Origin: Guillardia theta CCMP2712
Taxonomy: Eukaryota > Protista > Cryptophyta
Direction of reading: 5' to 3'
Assembly (NCBI RefSeq): GCF_000315625.1
Contig: NW_005434620.1
Location: forward strand, 360,104 to 424,103
DNA length: 64,000 bases
Part shown: piece after piece, positions 1 through 11,486 of the stretch
Layout: the number at the start of each line of letters is the position of its first letter
How positions within the stretch are numbered: the first letter of the stretch is position 1
Notes under the pieces: generated by a model
Database searches by the model: none
What the model was told of the DNA's origin: nothing
The model's input: the letters and a program-made list of their open reading frames with translations, nothing else
Translations under genes and position numbers: made by a program

Positions 1-542
1 TGCGTTGGACGCGGTGACGTTTAAATCCCCTGAATGGTCTCGAGCTAGTGGCCCAGACACTTCACGCCTACAATAAAAGAGGCATGGCAGGCGGTACTGG
101 CTTCATGGTTGACCGAAGATATATTTCCTCTGTGGCACCGGCGGGGTCATCAAAACATCACCGCGAGCATCTCTGTCCCTTTCCGTGCGGACAACGAGTA
201 GGACCCCCACCTCACCCCCTCAGGCTCTCGAACGGAAAAAAAAGTTTATCAAGAAGTTACTCCAAACCATGTCACCCCAGTCGCATATCCTGATGACCCC
301 CAGCTCCCTGTCTCCGCGTTGATGAGGGGTTGTTTGATCCATGGGAAGAGAGATACCCCCGAGAGAAGAAGAAGATTCCTCGGTCAACAAACAACAGCAA
401 ATCCTCTGCTCTCCTCCTCATCCTCCCGGGTGGGGATGGGGTGGGTTATTGATTGAGGAAGTAGGTGGGGTAGTGGGAGCTTCCTCATCGGTCAACAACC
501 AAGCAACTTCCGTACTGCCCTCCTCCTCCTCCTCCTCCTGCC

Positions 543-943
543 ATGACCTCCCACGTCCGCGTCTACCCGCGAAGAAAAGCTCTCAACGGAGCCCTCATCG
601 TCTACAAGGGCAGCCTCTTCCACCTCCCTCAGACCCAGGCCGCCGCCTCCCTGGTATTCCCCCCTCCCCTCCTGTGTGTCCCGAGCGAGGCGGCAGCTCG
701 CTTACTTGTCTGCAGGGGCTGTCTCTGACGGCGTTCAAGACCGCCCGCCGACGCCTGGGCATCGCCCGCTGGCCGTACGAGCGCAAGGCGTCCCGGAGCC
801 GGCGCCGGCGCACCCAGCACAAGCCGAGGGCGGAGCGGGTCGCGGCCGGACAAGGCGGAGAGGGAGAGGAGGAGGGGTCGGGGCTAGAGCCGGAGTGGAT
901 CGCGTGGTACATGTCGGCCAGTGGGGACGCGGGGCTGTCGTGA
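543..943 (+). CDS. RWP-RK domain transcription factor, copy 1 (exons 543-653 and 716-943)
   Basis: Splicing the 62-nt GT..AG intron at 654-715 gives ...LFHLPQTQAAASL|GLSLTAFKTARRRLGIARWPYERK, matching the RWP-RK signature. It lacks 12 codons present in copy 2. Confidence 0.85.
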
Positions 944-1201
944 GGAGCACCTGGGGGGGGGGGCACTGCACAGAAGTGTAGGATAACGAGGTTGGCGTCT
1001 GTACAAAACCTGAATGCAAGAACAGGGTGGTTCGAAACAAGGCATGATTTGTTCGTATAACCTCTCGAAGAAATTGTTCGTGGTGTATCACTGATGCCAA
1101 CCCAACTTCAACCACGGCGCGCGTTCGAGGTGTTGACACATATGGAAATAAAAGTCATCCCACAGACCCTTCCAACACTGAGTTTATCTTCCATCCAGCC
1201 C

Positions 1202-2184
1202 TTACACTGATCGCACCAACGGACGGACCAGCGGTGGTTCTGGCGGCACAGTATGTCGCGCTTCCTTTACGAATACTGTGTGATCCTGTTTCATCATTTC
1301 AGACTGAGTCACGGTTCTCCATTCACCTTTCACCTCTGAAGTATGATCCGCTACATAGATCAACCAATAAATCTCTGCATCTTCAGTAATCACATACTTC
1401 TCCGTGAGGCAACACAGATACTGACCTAAAGCCAAGAACGGGCATATTTCCGGTTTGGTAGGATTGCAATACACATGTCTTGGATCTCCAGCGCGATGAC
1501 CTGACTGATCGTTCTTCTAATGAATGATGTAAAATCTCAGAGAGTCTTCAGAAAAGTCCATATGGTTGTACATCAAAGAAGCTGTGTTACTGGAGCGACT
1601 CATTAGATTCCAGCCAAGAATCATGAACGTTCGACCCCAAATGAACTCTCGGTCTAGCTTGGTCAACATGACCCTGCCCAATATCTGGTAGATACAAAAA
1701 GGCAGAGGTCCTTTCCTTGGTCAACTTTGCACTCCTGCCCCTAGCATTCTGCTTGTTGCATTTTCGTTTCAACCCGACATAATGTCCAGTCAAAGCAAGC
1801 TGGAATTGGGATAAACGTTCCACTGGCATGTCATAGCAATGTAAAATGTACATAAGTGCGGATCTGCAAGAACTGCATGTTTGAAAAGAAAGATCAGGTT
1901 TGACTCTCAGGCAGTGTGCTATCCAGAGCATGAAATGCCGCTTCTGAGCCAAGATATCTCTCAAATATTCTTGAGTAGGTAGTCCGTCTGTAATCTTGGT
2001 AATAACGTGGTCGGGCTATGTCCGCCTTCATGTCTGCAGTTATCAGGCCCATTTCATCGTCATTTGCAAATAAAAATTGAATGAATCGAACCATGTGACC
2101 TCGACACATGACACGGCTGCTTTCAGCGAGAGTGTTATTCAAAACAGCTGCTATATCGCGTTCCAGTTCTTCGGTATCTTCCAT
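1202..2184 (-). mobile_element. Decayed Crypton-type tyrosine recombinase (pseudogenised DNA transposon ORF)
   Basis: Manual minus-strand translation across frameshifts gives GKD/PLPFCIYQILGRVML...FMILGWNLMSRSSNTASLMYNHMDFSEDSLRFYIIH*KNDQSGHRAGDPRHVYCNPTKPEICPFLALGQY. This resembles Crypton-like recombinases (WNLMxR, KNDQ, PRHxYxNPxxPxICP). There is an in-frame TAG near 1518-1520, several frameshifts, no introns, and lower GC than the flanks. Confidence 0.75.
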
Positions 2185-2824
2185 TCTTAACAGTTCAGCT
2201 GTAGCACTTGCCGTCTGCCGACGCCGTATAGTATGGGTAGGTTGTGATCTTGGTCGCCGGTAATCGCGTTTGATCCCATTGGAATCAGTTGCGAGCAAGA
2301 GGGCTCTTGCTCGCATGTATTGGGTTTATCTGGACTCCCGCAATATTACATGAAAATAGCGTCGTCATTTCCCGCATTGTCCGTACAGGGCGTGTAGAGA
2401 TATGTTCTTGGTTGATTTTACATTGTAATATTTGCTGAAACAAGCATGATGGGGCTTGAGGTCCCTGACTCCGTGTCGGTTTACTCAAAGTAAGTAACTC
2501 ACTTACCCTCTCCGGATCACCCTACCCTGCACCCTACCGGACGCAGAAAGGTCTCGGGTTGATGACTCCACCTGGCACCTATAAGGCCTTTAAGGGCTGA
2601 TGTCCGAGATTACCTGGAGTCGCAGATGCCCCTCTGCCCTTCCGAGCGGACAACACAGAGTCGGTACCCCACCCTACTCCCTTTGCCTGTTTTTTCTGAC
2701 CCCGTGGCCCAGTCGCATCTGCTCAGTACCGGTCATTGTGGAGTTCCACCAAGGGACGGGTGGCTGGAGGCCTCGGTGGGACGGTAGGTGGGGTAGTGGG
2801 GGCTTTCTCGGTCCTCCTCCTGCC

Positions 2825-3264
2825 ATGACCTCCCACGTCCGCGTCTACCCGCGAAGAAAAGCTCTCAATGGAGCCCTCCTCGTCTACAAGGGCAGCCGAG
2901 GCGTCAACCTCAAGCCCTCCGTCGTCCAAGCCCTCTTCCACCTCCCTCAGACCCAGGCCGCCGCCTCCCTGGTATTCCCCCCTCCCCTCCTGTGTGTCCC
3001 GAGCGAGGCGGCAGCTCGCTTACTTGCCTGCAGGGGCTGTCTCTGACGGCGTTCAAGACCGCCCGCCGACGCCTGGGCATCGCCCGCTGGCCGTACGAGC
3101 GCAAGGCGTCCCGGAGCCGGCGCCGGCGCACCCAGCACAAGCCGAGGGCGGAGCGGGTCGCGGCTGGACAAGGCGGAGAGGGAGAGGAGGAGGGGTCGGG
3201 GCTAGAGCCGGAGTGGATCGCGTGGTACATGTCGGCCAGTGGGGACGCGGGGCTGAGTACATAG
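2825..3264 (+). CDS. RWP-RK domain transcription factor, copy 2 (exons 2825-2971 and 3034-3264)
   Basis: Same structure as copy 1 with the intron at 2972-3033. MTSHVRVYPRRK...VVQALFHLPQTQAAASL|GLSLTAFKTARRRLGIARWPY. Confidence 0.88.
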
Positions 3265-3649
3265 ACACTTTCATGTGCCAGTCACGGCAGAGTTAATGTA
3301 GATAAGATATGATCAGTTCCAGCGAAGCAATTCCAACAAAGAGATCGAGTAGATATCTCAAAGTGCTTTAGATAGCACGCATGGGAGCTTAAGAATGACC
3401 AAGTGGAAAGCTTAGAAGTGAGATTAAACTTTATGTTCACAAGAAGACGAAGACAGCGCATGCTGCTTTCCCCCAAAAAGGATTTCGTCGGTTGACCCAG
3501 TTAAACTGCTCTTCCGAGTTCGCACCTCGGACTTGGGACACAGACTGAGACTGAGAGAGGAGCGAAAGAGGGAGAGGAGGGAGAGGGAGAGGAGGAAGAG
3601 GAAATCTCCGAGGGAGAGGAAATCTCTGGGAGAGGAAATCTCCAGGCTC

Positions 3650-4000
3650 AGAGAATAGGAGGGGGAGAGAGAGGTACTCGGAAAGAGAGTCAGTCACCAA
3701 GGAGAGTAGGAGGGAGAGAGAGAGGTACTCGGAAAGAGTCAGTCACCTTGGAGAGTAGGAGGGAGAGAGAGAGGTACTCGGAAAGAGTCAGACACCTTGG
3801 AGAGTAGGAGGGAGAGAGAGAGGTACTCGGAAAGAGTCAGACACCTTGGAGAGTAGGAGGGAGAGAGAGAGGTACTCGGAAAGAGTCAGACACCTTGGAG
3901 AGTAGGAGGGAGAGAGAGAGGTACTCGGAAAGAGTCCGATCAGTCACCTTGGAGAGTAGGAGGGAGAGAGAGAGGTACTCGGAAAGAGAGTCAGTCACCT
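3650..4000. repeat. Purine-rich minisatellite, ~49-bp unit, ~7 copies
   Basis: Unit ggagagtaggagggagagagagaggtactcggaaagagtcag(t)cacctt repeats head-to-tail (for example starting at 3701 and 3750). Confidence 0.9.
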
Positions 4001-4197
4001 TCAACTGCGCGGTCCGATCCTCAGCAGCCTGTTCTCAGTTCGTCATCCCCGATGTTAAGTTAATATATCAGTCAAACGAGGGGACAGCAAAAGTCAATAA
4101 GTAGAGTATGTAGGTTGGTACTTTGATGAGTAAAAATGATTGTACTGAAGATCATGGGGCCGGCACGTCCGCATGCATGGAGGCGGTGTGAAGGAGA

Positions 4198-4292
4198 AGA
4201 GGAGGAGCAGGAGGAGCAGGAGGAGCAGGAGGAGCAGGAGGAGCAGGAGGAGCAGGAGGAGCACGAGAAGAAGGAGGAGCAGGAGGAGCAGT
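4198..4292. repeat. (GGAGCAGGA)n microsatellite
   Basis: Directly visible 9-bp periodicity. Confidence 0.9.
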
Positions 4293-4773
4293 AGGTTATG
4301 AGAAGTTTGAAGGTAGGAAAGCGGGATAGGAAGGTGAATGGGGAAGAAGGAAGGGCTAAATGGGATCAGTAGAGGAGGGGACAATGATAGGAAGGAAGAT
4401 GCATGGTGATTCAAGAAAAGGGAAGAGTAGGAGAACACGACAAGAAGCACGAAAGGACTGGACGAGGTTATGCATTTACGTCGCAGAGTGAGTGGGGACG
4501 GATGCGGATATGAAACGGAGCGGAAGGAATCAGATTCTCAGCGCAAAGATCATCGTAGACATTCCCTTAGAGCTGGGCCGACACGTGCTCTTGTCTAAGA
4601 CGACATGTTCGCAGGGGTGATGATACTAGCGTGATTTGAAGAAGAAGCTTGCTATTGTCATTTTCAGCCCGTCGCTCTCAGGCTGGGCCTGCAAATGGGA
4701 TCAGGCGCCTGAGTCGAGGCTCCTGACTGTTGAGAGCCAACCCTGAGGCCACTGATCTGACAACACCAAGGCG

Positions 4774-6501
4774 ATGACAAGGCTGTCGAGAGCGCTTGCT
4801 CTGTGCATGATGGCGCAGTTCATGTCTTTGTCTTGTGCGATGCCTCGAGCTCCGTTGAGGAAGGGTGGGGCTGGACGAGTGATGACGGCAGGGAGCGCGA
4901 GGAAGTACTGTTTTGAGCATCATCCTCTGTCTTCGCTGCCTGCCCGCCTCCGGGGTGGCTCGCCAAGATGGGAACCTCCTCCGTCGTACTCGCAGGTCCT
5001 GCACTCATCAAGGAAGGACTCAGCATGGAACGACCTGCTGGTGAGGTGGCTGGAGGGGTTGGGGTTGCGGTTGACAAGCTGGTTCAAAGACTGCACTTGG
5101 TGCCTTCACGCGGCTGGTTTTCCGAATCTGGTGGTTTGCTGTGCGCACGTGCATGAGGGGCCTTGTCAGGTGTTGTGAATGTTTGTGGAGGCTCGTGGAT
5201 CAGACTGAAGTGAAGCCTTCAGTTTCATGTTTGCACTGCTGAGATTGTTGGGGTACATGCTCTCGAGGCGTAAGAAGGGATCACCTGGTAGCACGGGGAA
5301 GAGCGCGTTTCCTGACAAGCCGGAGTGGACGAACGCGAACGCGAATGAGGACTGGTATGAAACCGACCGGATGGCCAGGGGATCGTACCACACACCCAAG
5401 GTACTTCTGTCCTCTTCGAATCCTTGCTCCTCACAGTGTCTGACCTGCCAGGCAAACAAGTTCACAGGTTGGAACCCCTCATTCACTCCCGAGACCCGAA
5501 GGCCTGCGCTAGAGGCAAGCTCCAATTGACTTCGATCAGATGCGATCTGACGACTTGTAGACGCAGAGGAGAGAGGAGGAGGAGGAGGATGATCAAGGGC
5601 AGGCCTCGATGGAGGAATCCGAAGCCCCGCAAGTGATGGACGAGAGGGAAGAACAGTCAGAAGGCTTGTTGAGAGATCGCAACCATCACTTGGACTTCTC
5701 GGGAAAGATGAGGCATCAGCCGGCAAGTTTGACAAGGATGGACTTGTCCAGCCTCGAGATGGCGCTGAAGGGTCGTGAGAGCTTCACTCCCAGTCAAACG
5801 TTCTGGAAGACAGCGCAGCGCGACCACTTGCCGCAGGCAGACAACGAAAGGTGGCTGCTGTCGAGAACTTGTGTGGAGCAAGTGACTTGTAAAAGCCCCA
5901 GAGGAAAACATCGGGAAGAACCGAACGAGGTCGAAGGCTGCAAGAAGCTCGGGAGCGGGTGACGACATTCTTCGGAACGAGGAGTTTGGTGGTGACAGCC
6001 AGGCAGGTTGTGGTCATTCAGGACGAAACCCAAGACAGCCAACAGCTCCAATAAGGCTCTTCTCTTCGGAATGAAGGCCAAACAGAAGCTCAGGATCACG
6101 GGGCTTCGAACCTCCTCCAACTTGGGTACTGCGTGAGACGTTGAGGAGGTCGTGGCTGACCAGCCCGCCGCTGCAGGAGCGCAGAACTCAGAGGAAAGAG
6201 AGTACCAGGTGAAGTCCCTCCCTCCAACTCTTCTCCTGCTGATGTCATGGTCCAGGTCTGGTTGACAAGCGACGGGTTGTCATCGCAGGTAGCATGTGCA
6301 GCAGGCAGTGCGACAGACTTGCTGAGGCCTCTGCAGACTCGGTGGAACGAGGTAGGACGAGGACACACGAGGCTGCCAAGGGAGGCAGGAGCGTACGGCG
6401 AGCTCCCGCTGGGGGAGGAGGGGGTGGAGCTGGAGGCAGGGCAGACTTGCCTGTTCTTCCTCTGCTGCCCTTCCAGTGCGGGAGGGATCGCGTTTAGGTG
6501 A
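4774..6501 (+). CDS. Probable multi-exon hypothetical protein with a possible N-terminal signal peptide
   Basis: Hydrophobic start MTRLSRALALCMMAQFMSLSCA, then coding-like plus-strand blocks separated by short GT..AG segments. No domain recognised, and it may extend further 3'. Confidence 0.35.
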
Positions 6502-8167
6502 GAGTGAGGGGAGAGCATGGGTGCACCGGAGGGTATGGGGCAGGGAAAGGATGTGAACAGAGGGTACAGCAGTGAGAAAGAGAGAGGGGGGAGGGGACGG
6601 GACGGGAACGGAGGATGACGGTGGTGGGAAGTGGAGGAGGATTGAGGGGGGGGGTGAAGGAGCATGCAGGAGGGACGTCTACTCGCTACAGTTTGGCGAA
6701 ACCTCCGACAAATCGAAACATCTCGATCTCCTTGCAGGATGCGGTACCGCGAAGAAAACTCTCCTCGTCTGCTGCAGCCGTGCCTTGATTGCTTGTCCTG
6801 CTCGCTCACTCCCTGTCTCCTGTTCTTCACTCCCGCCATGTCTCCCTTCCTTGCCTCTCCCGCTCTTACGTGTCGTTTCCTCCAACTCTCTCATCCCCTC
6901 TCTGCCTCTTTTTGTCTTCTCTCCACTGACGATGGACGAAGCTTGCAGCTTGTCAGATGTAGCCGACATGTCCGAGCTGGCGGCCATGGCGCAGAAATCT
7001 CCTGCTCGAGCCTTTGCGGGAGAGATCGAGTACGAGCTGTTATGATGGAGAGGAGAAAGGAAGGAAGGTTATGTACAGCAACATGCAAAAAAGATGAAAG
7101 AAACCACTGATGCTACAGGCTGAAGAGAAGGCAAGGCAGCGGAGGGAAGAGGGATGTAGACGTTGGGTAGAGAGGAGGAGCGAAGAGAATCAGACTGGGG
7201 GAGGAAGGAGGATAAAGCTTGTGCTCGCGGCATCAGGCGAACTCGTCAAGGCCATGTACGAGATCTGTCGGCTTGCTCTGCTCCTCCTCCATGAAGTCTT
7301 GAGGGGAGGGCGAGGACGAGGCTTGCTCTATCTTGAGGTAGCTGGTGAACTGACTCCTGCAAACTGGACATCGTTGCAACCTCTCCATGCAGTTCTTGCA
7401 GACACAGAAATGTCTGTCGCCGTTGTCAGGTCGGGGAGAGAATGTTAAGGAGGGTCAAGTAGCACAAGTTACCAGAGGACTTGGAGGGAGCATGGGAAAG
7501 GAGGAACGGGAGAGGAAAATACACAAACAATCTCAGGGAAATGGTAGAGACTTGGGGAAGGGTGATAGAGCGGAAAGGGGCAGGAGGAGGAGGAGGAGTT
7601 CAACTAGACTTCACCTGCATGGTAGGAGGGTAATTGCTTTCGGTTCGCTCAAGCAGATCACACAACTGTTCTCCTCCTCCGCTGATTCATCTTCGCCGTA
7701 AATCTCCTGTAGCCAGAGGCGTCAAGAGCAAGAAGCATCGTCGACCTTGCCCGTGTCTTGCCGTCCAATCCTCCTCATCATAACCTGAGTGATGTACGCT
7801 GCTGACGGAGTAAATACCACACTCTTCACTACCTGCTCCATGCCCATCAGACCAACAAGCTCCTGCTGTTGGGGTTGCCACTGACCTGGAGAGTCTCTGA
7901 ATACTCCCCACCAGGCTCTCTGTCTCTCTTCCGATCGAGGAGATGGACGAGAATCCCTCCCTGCTGCTGCGTCACTCGCTTCCTCCTACCTCCTTGCATC
8001 TCTCTGGTACCTGCGATACTGACAAGAGCTTTTGTTCCATTTTGTCGTCGTACGGTGATCGACTCGATGTCACATTCTCCGCTTTAACATGGCATGTCAG
8101 ATATTTTCTCCATCCTCCATTCTCCATCGTCTGCCCCCATCACCACCAAGTTATCATTGTCTTGTTC

Positions 8168-8300
8168 ATCATCATCATCATCATCGTCGTCGTCGTCGTC
8201 GTCGTCGTCGTCATCATCATCATCGTCGTCATCATCATCATCCGATCATCACCATCACCATCACTATCACCATTGCCATCACAACAACCACCACCACCAC
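8168..8300. repeat. Compound trinucleotide microsatellite (ATC/GTC/ACC)n
   Basis: Directly visible. Confidence 0.9.
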
Positions 8301-8689
8301 TGTAAAATTTACCATCTAACAGAGTTATTTGCTGATTGATGGAAGCAACCTTCACCATCAAACATTTCAGCTCCAATCTCTCTCAACCAAATCAGATCCA
8401 GCTCACCCGAATCACAAGCGCAGCAGGGAAGCCTGACATGTTGGCACCACCATGTGCTTCAACCGGAGCTGTCAAGCCCTCCGTTTGATTCTCCGACTCT
8501 CTCCAACTCTTCCGGCAGGAACACAATGAGCAACGGCAGAGCAGGCGGGCAGCTGATCAGCAGGAGCTCACATGGCAGGGGATCGTGGTCCTCCTGCGCC
8601 TTCCAACTTCGAACTTCATCACCTCAGACCTGCGATTGAACATGGCAGATCACATCACCAGAGCCTCAAACCAAACTGCTAGCAGCTCC

Positions 8690-9640
8690 TACCATCTCCT
8701 CCCCATGTCCCGAAGCGACGTCGGGTCGTCCAATCGCCCATCGCCGGGCTCGCAGCAATTCAACAGCTCGATCTCGTTCTCGTCCACTGCCGTGTAGGGC
8801 ACACCGAAGAAGCCAAACTTCTTCTTCCTGCATGGTCGGCAGGTCAGCCATGGAACAACTCAGTCTGCCCTGCCCTGACCGGAGTGCACCCTTGGAGCGG
8901 CCCGACCGGATCATCGCGCCTGGATGGTTGTAGCAGTCCACTACCTTCATGAGGTGACCCTCGTTCGCTCCCCAGCACCTGAGAAGGGAAGGGAAGGGAA
9001 GGGAGGGGAGGGGAGGGGAGGGGAGGGGAGGGGAGGGAAGGATTTCTTCAGCGACCCATCAAGTCTGGGACGGCAAGAGCAACTCACATCTCAGCGAGGA
9101 CTTCAAGGTTGGAATCGTAGTCGAGCTCGATAGAGTCATGAGTCTAGCAGGATCTGCTCAGTCTCTCCTGCTGCTACCTCCTGCTGTAGACTTCTCACCA
9201 TCCTTATACTGCTCTTCGTCAAGCTCCACGGGATACTCAGCTGGAATGGAAATGAGAGTCAGCCAGGCGCGCAAACTAAGAGTGGTCCTACTTGAAAGAC
9301 AGGCGCCCCCGTCGGAGTTTCGGTGGCTCTGAGCAGGTCCTGCCTGCGAGCTATCGTCAGGCATGTACGACATCCTCGTCGTCCTAAGACTCACTGCATG
9401 TGAGTATCCCACAGCGTCTGAAGTTCGTCCAGGCTTGTTTGTTGGTTTCCCATTCGGACAAGCTGTATTTGTGTTACGAGGACAGCTACCGAGAGCAAGA
9501 TCAGCGTCAACATGAACCTGCCCGTTTTCAACAGCCACACTCAGCTCGTAGGTATCAAAGATCCTTCTACAAAGATCGCAGAACCAACCAAAGATGGCCT
9601 GGCTCACTTTGTCATGAACAGGGACGAACAACAGCAAGCT
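8690..9640 (-). CDS. Probable multi-exon hypothetical protein (weak UBA-like segment)
   Basis: Minus-strand AG/GT-bounded blocks such as EEEVWLLRCALHGSGRERDRAVELL, IPAEYPVEL and GWFCDLCRRIF. Gene ends not determined. Confidence 0.3.
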
Positions 9641-10332
9641 CTGCTTACGAGGAGTAGTAGGATGATCAACAGGTTGATATCTTGAAGCCTGAAGGTCGTA
9701 TACGCTTGCAACAGGAGCATAGCTGTGGACTCAGTGCTACTCCAGACTGTCCGACGGCAGAAGCAACAGCTCTGTCCCAATCACCCTCCAAAGTTTTTGA
9801 GCATAAACTTGCTCACTGGCACTCTGAAGCATCAATTCCCATCCCTCCTGTCATCACCTGCTTCTTCCGGACTTGTCTCACTGTCTTCTCATCCTCTCCT
9901 TCACCAGTCTCCTCCTCCTCCTCTCCCCTCCTCCTCCTCTCCTACTCCGATCTCCGCCATCTTTCCCCACTGCGATCGGCGCATTGAACTAGTTTTACTC
10001 ATCCCACAAGGGTACAAACTAAAAATTGGTTTTTAAAATTCGTTCCGTCCTCCGATCCTCCCTCCCACCCGCAGACTTTCCCTCTTGTCCTCCTGTCCTC
10101 CTGTCCTCCTGTCCTCCTGTCCTCCTCTGCTCCTGTCCTCCTCTGCTCCTCTACTCCTCTGCTCCTCTGCTCCTCTGCTCCTCTGCTCCTCTGCTCCTCT
10201 CCCCTCCCCCCGTCCACCTCCCTGATTCCTAAGTCACCAACACATCCCATCCTCCCCACCTTTCCCTTTCACATCTGTTCTCCTCACGTACTCTCTCCAT
10301 CCTGAGGAAGCACACAGACAAGTCCTTGGAAT

Positions 10333-11353
10333 ATGCGAGGGAGATGGTCAGCATCTTGCTATCTCGCCCTTATCCTCTTCCCGTCGTACAGCTTGTCCGC
10401 CTCCTCCTACTCTAGAGATTATGCCGTACCTTTTTCTGGCACCGAGCTGCCGACTTACGTTCGGATGGCCCCTCCGGTGAACATGGAAGGCTTCGCACAC
10501 TTCAGCTTGGACATGAAGGAACTGGAGGCGAGGATGATGGATCGAGGAGCGAAGAAGAAGGAGACTGTCGTTGTGGGGCAGGAGTGGAACTTGCACACTG
10601 GGGAAACGTTCACTCGCGCCATGACTGTTCGGACCCTCCTGGACAGCGATGAGAGCACGCGCAACCTGCGCAAGCTCGTCTGGCAGGTGCGGAAGGTCTG
10701 ACCAGGCGTGACCGTGAAGCCTTGGAGCAGGAGAGGTGGAGGAAGTTGGACGCGAGTCCAGCACGTCAGGGTCGGAAGCCCCAGCCAGTTGCACCCGACG
10801 GTTCGATCAGGTGGGGAAGGAAGGTAATTTTGACCTGCGGTCGACGATGTTGATGGGATGCAGGAGGCACGAGGAGCCAGCGAGAGCCACGTCGAGAAGC
10901 TCGTCCATGAACCGGAAGAGCACTCGGTCTACCAGCAGGTGAGCGTGTCCTCACATGGGAATCCTGCCTTATACCTGAGCAAGGTCGACGTCGGCCCGAA
11001 GACAGTCCTCTCGGCACGGCAAGTTGGCTGACGCCATGGCGGCTGATCGTGTTGACTGGTGGCTGCAGAAGCATCGCACCTGGATCAGAAGTTCTGGCCC
11101 TGCATAACACGGTCTCTCAGTGTTGAGCTGCCGCAGAAGGACAGGAAGGTAAGGGCAACTCCTTTCCTACCCCCTCATCGCTCATAGCATCATGCAGAGA
11201 TCTTCTGCTCGGTTGCAGTGGGAGAGGTGAAGTCTTGTTAAGTTGTGCTGCTAGCCCTTGATGTCTACCATGCAGGGAGGTCAACATCGCGGGTTCGACA
11301 CGGAAGGTAAACCTGGTGCTGAACACTCCGGCAGCCTCATCGACGCAGTGAGC
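10333..11353 (+). CDS. Hypothetical secreted protein, multi-exon
   Basis: Signal-peptide-like start MRGRWSASCYLALILFPSYSLSA, an exon ending at cag|gt near 10686, and further short exons. 3' end uncertain. Confidence 0.45.
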
Positions 11354-11486
11354 AACGGAGAAACTTGAACATGTACATTCATTCCATTACACAACATGAA
11401 GAAGAGCTTGTCGAGAGCAGGGGGAATCCTCTACCAGGCGCAGGCGGACGGGAGCCAGGAAAGTCCGGGGGTAGCCGGCGACCAGT

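Noticed and set aside
341-943. 200-aa single-exon ORF as the RWP-RK protein
   Set aside because: It reads the first exon in the wrong frame and runs through the intron; the spliced model restores the full motif in both copies.
3650-4000. CRISPR-like array
   Set aside because: Units are contiguous with no unique spacers, there are no cas genes, and the context is eukaryotic.
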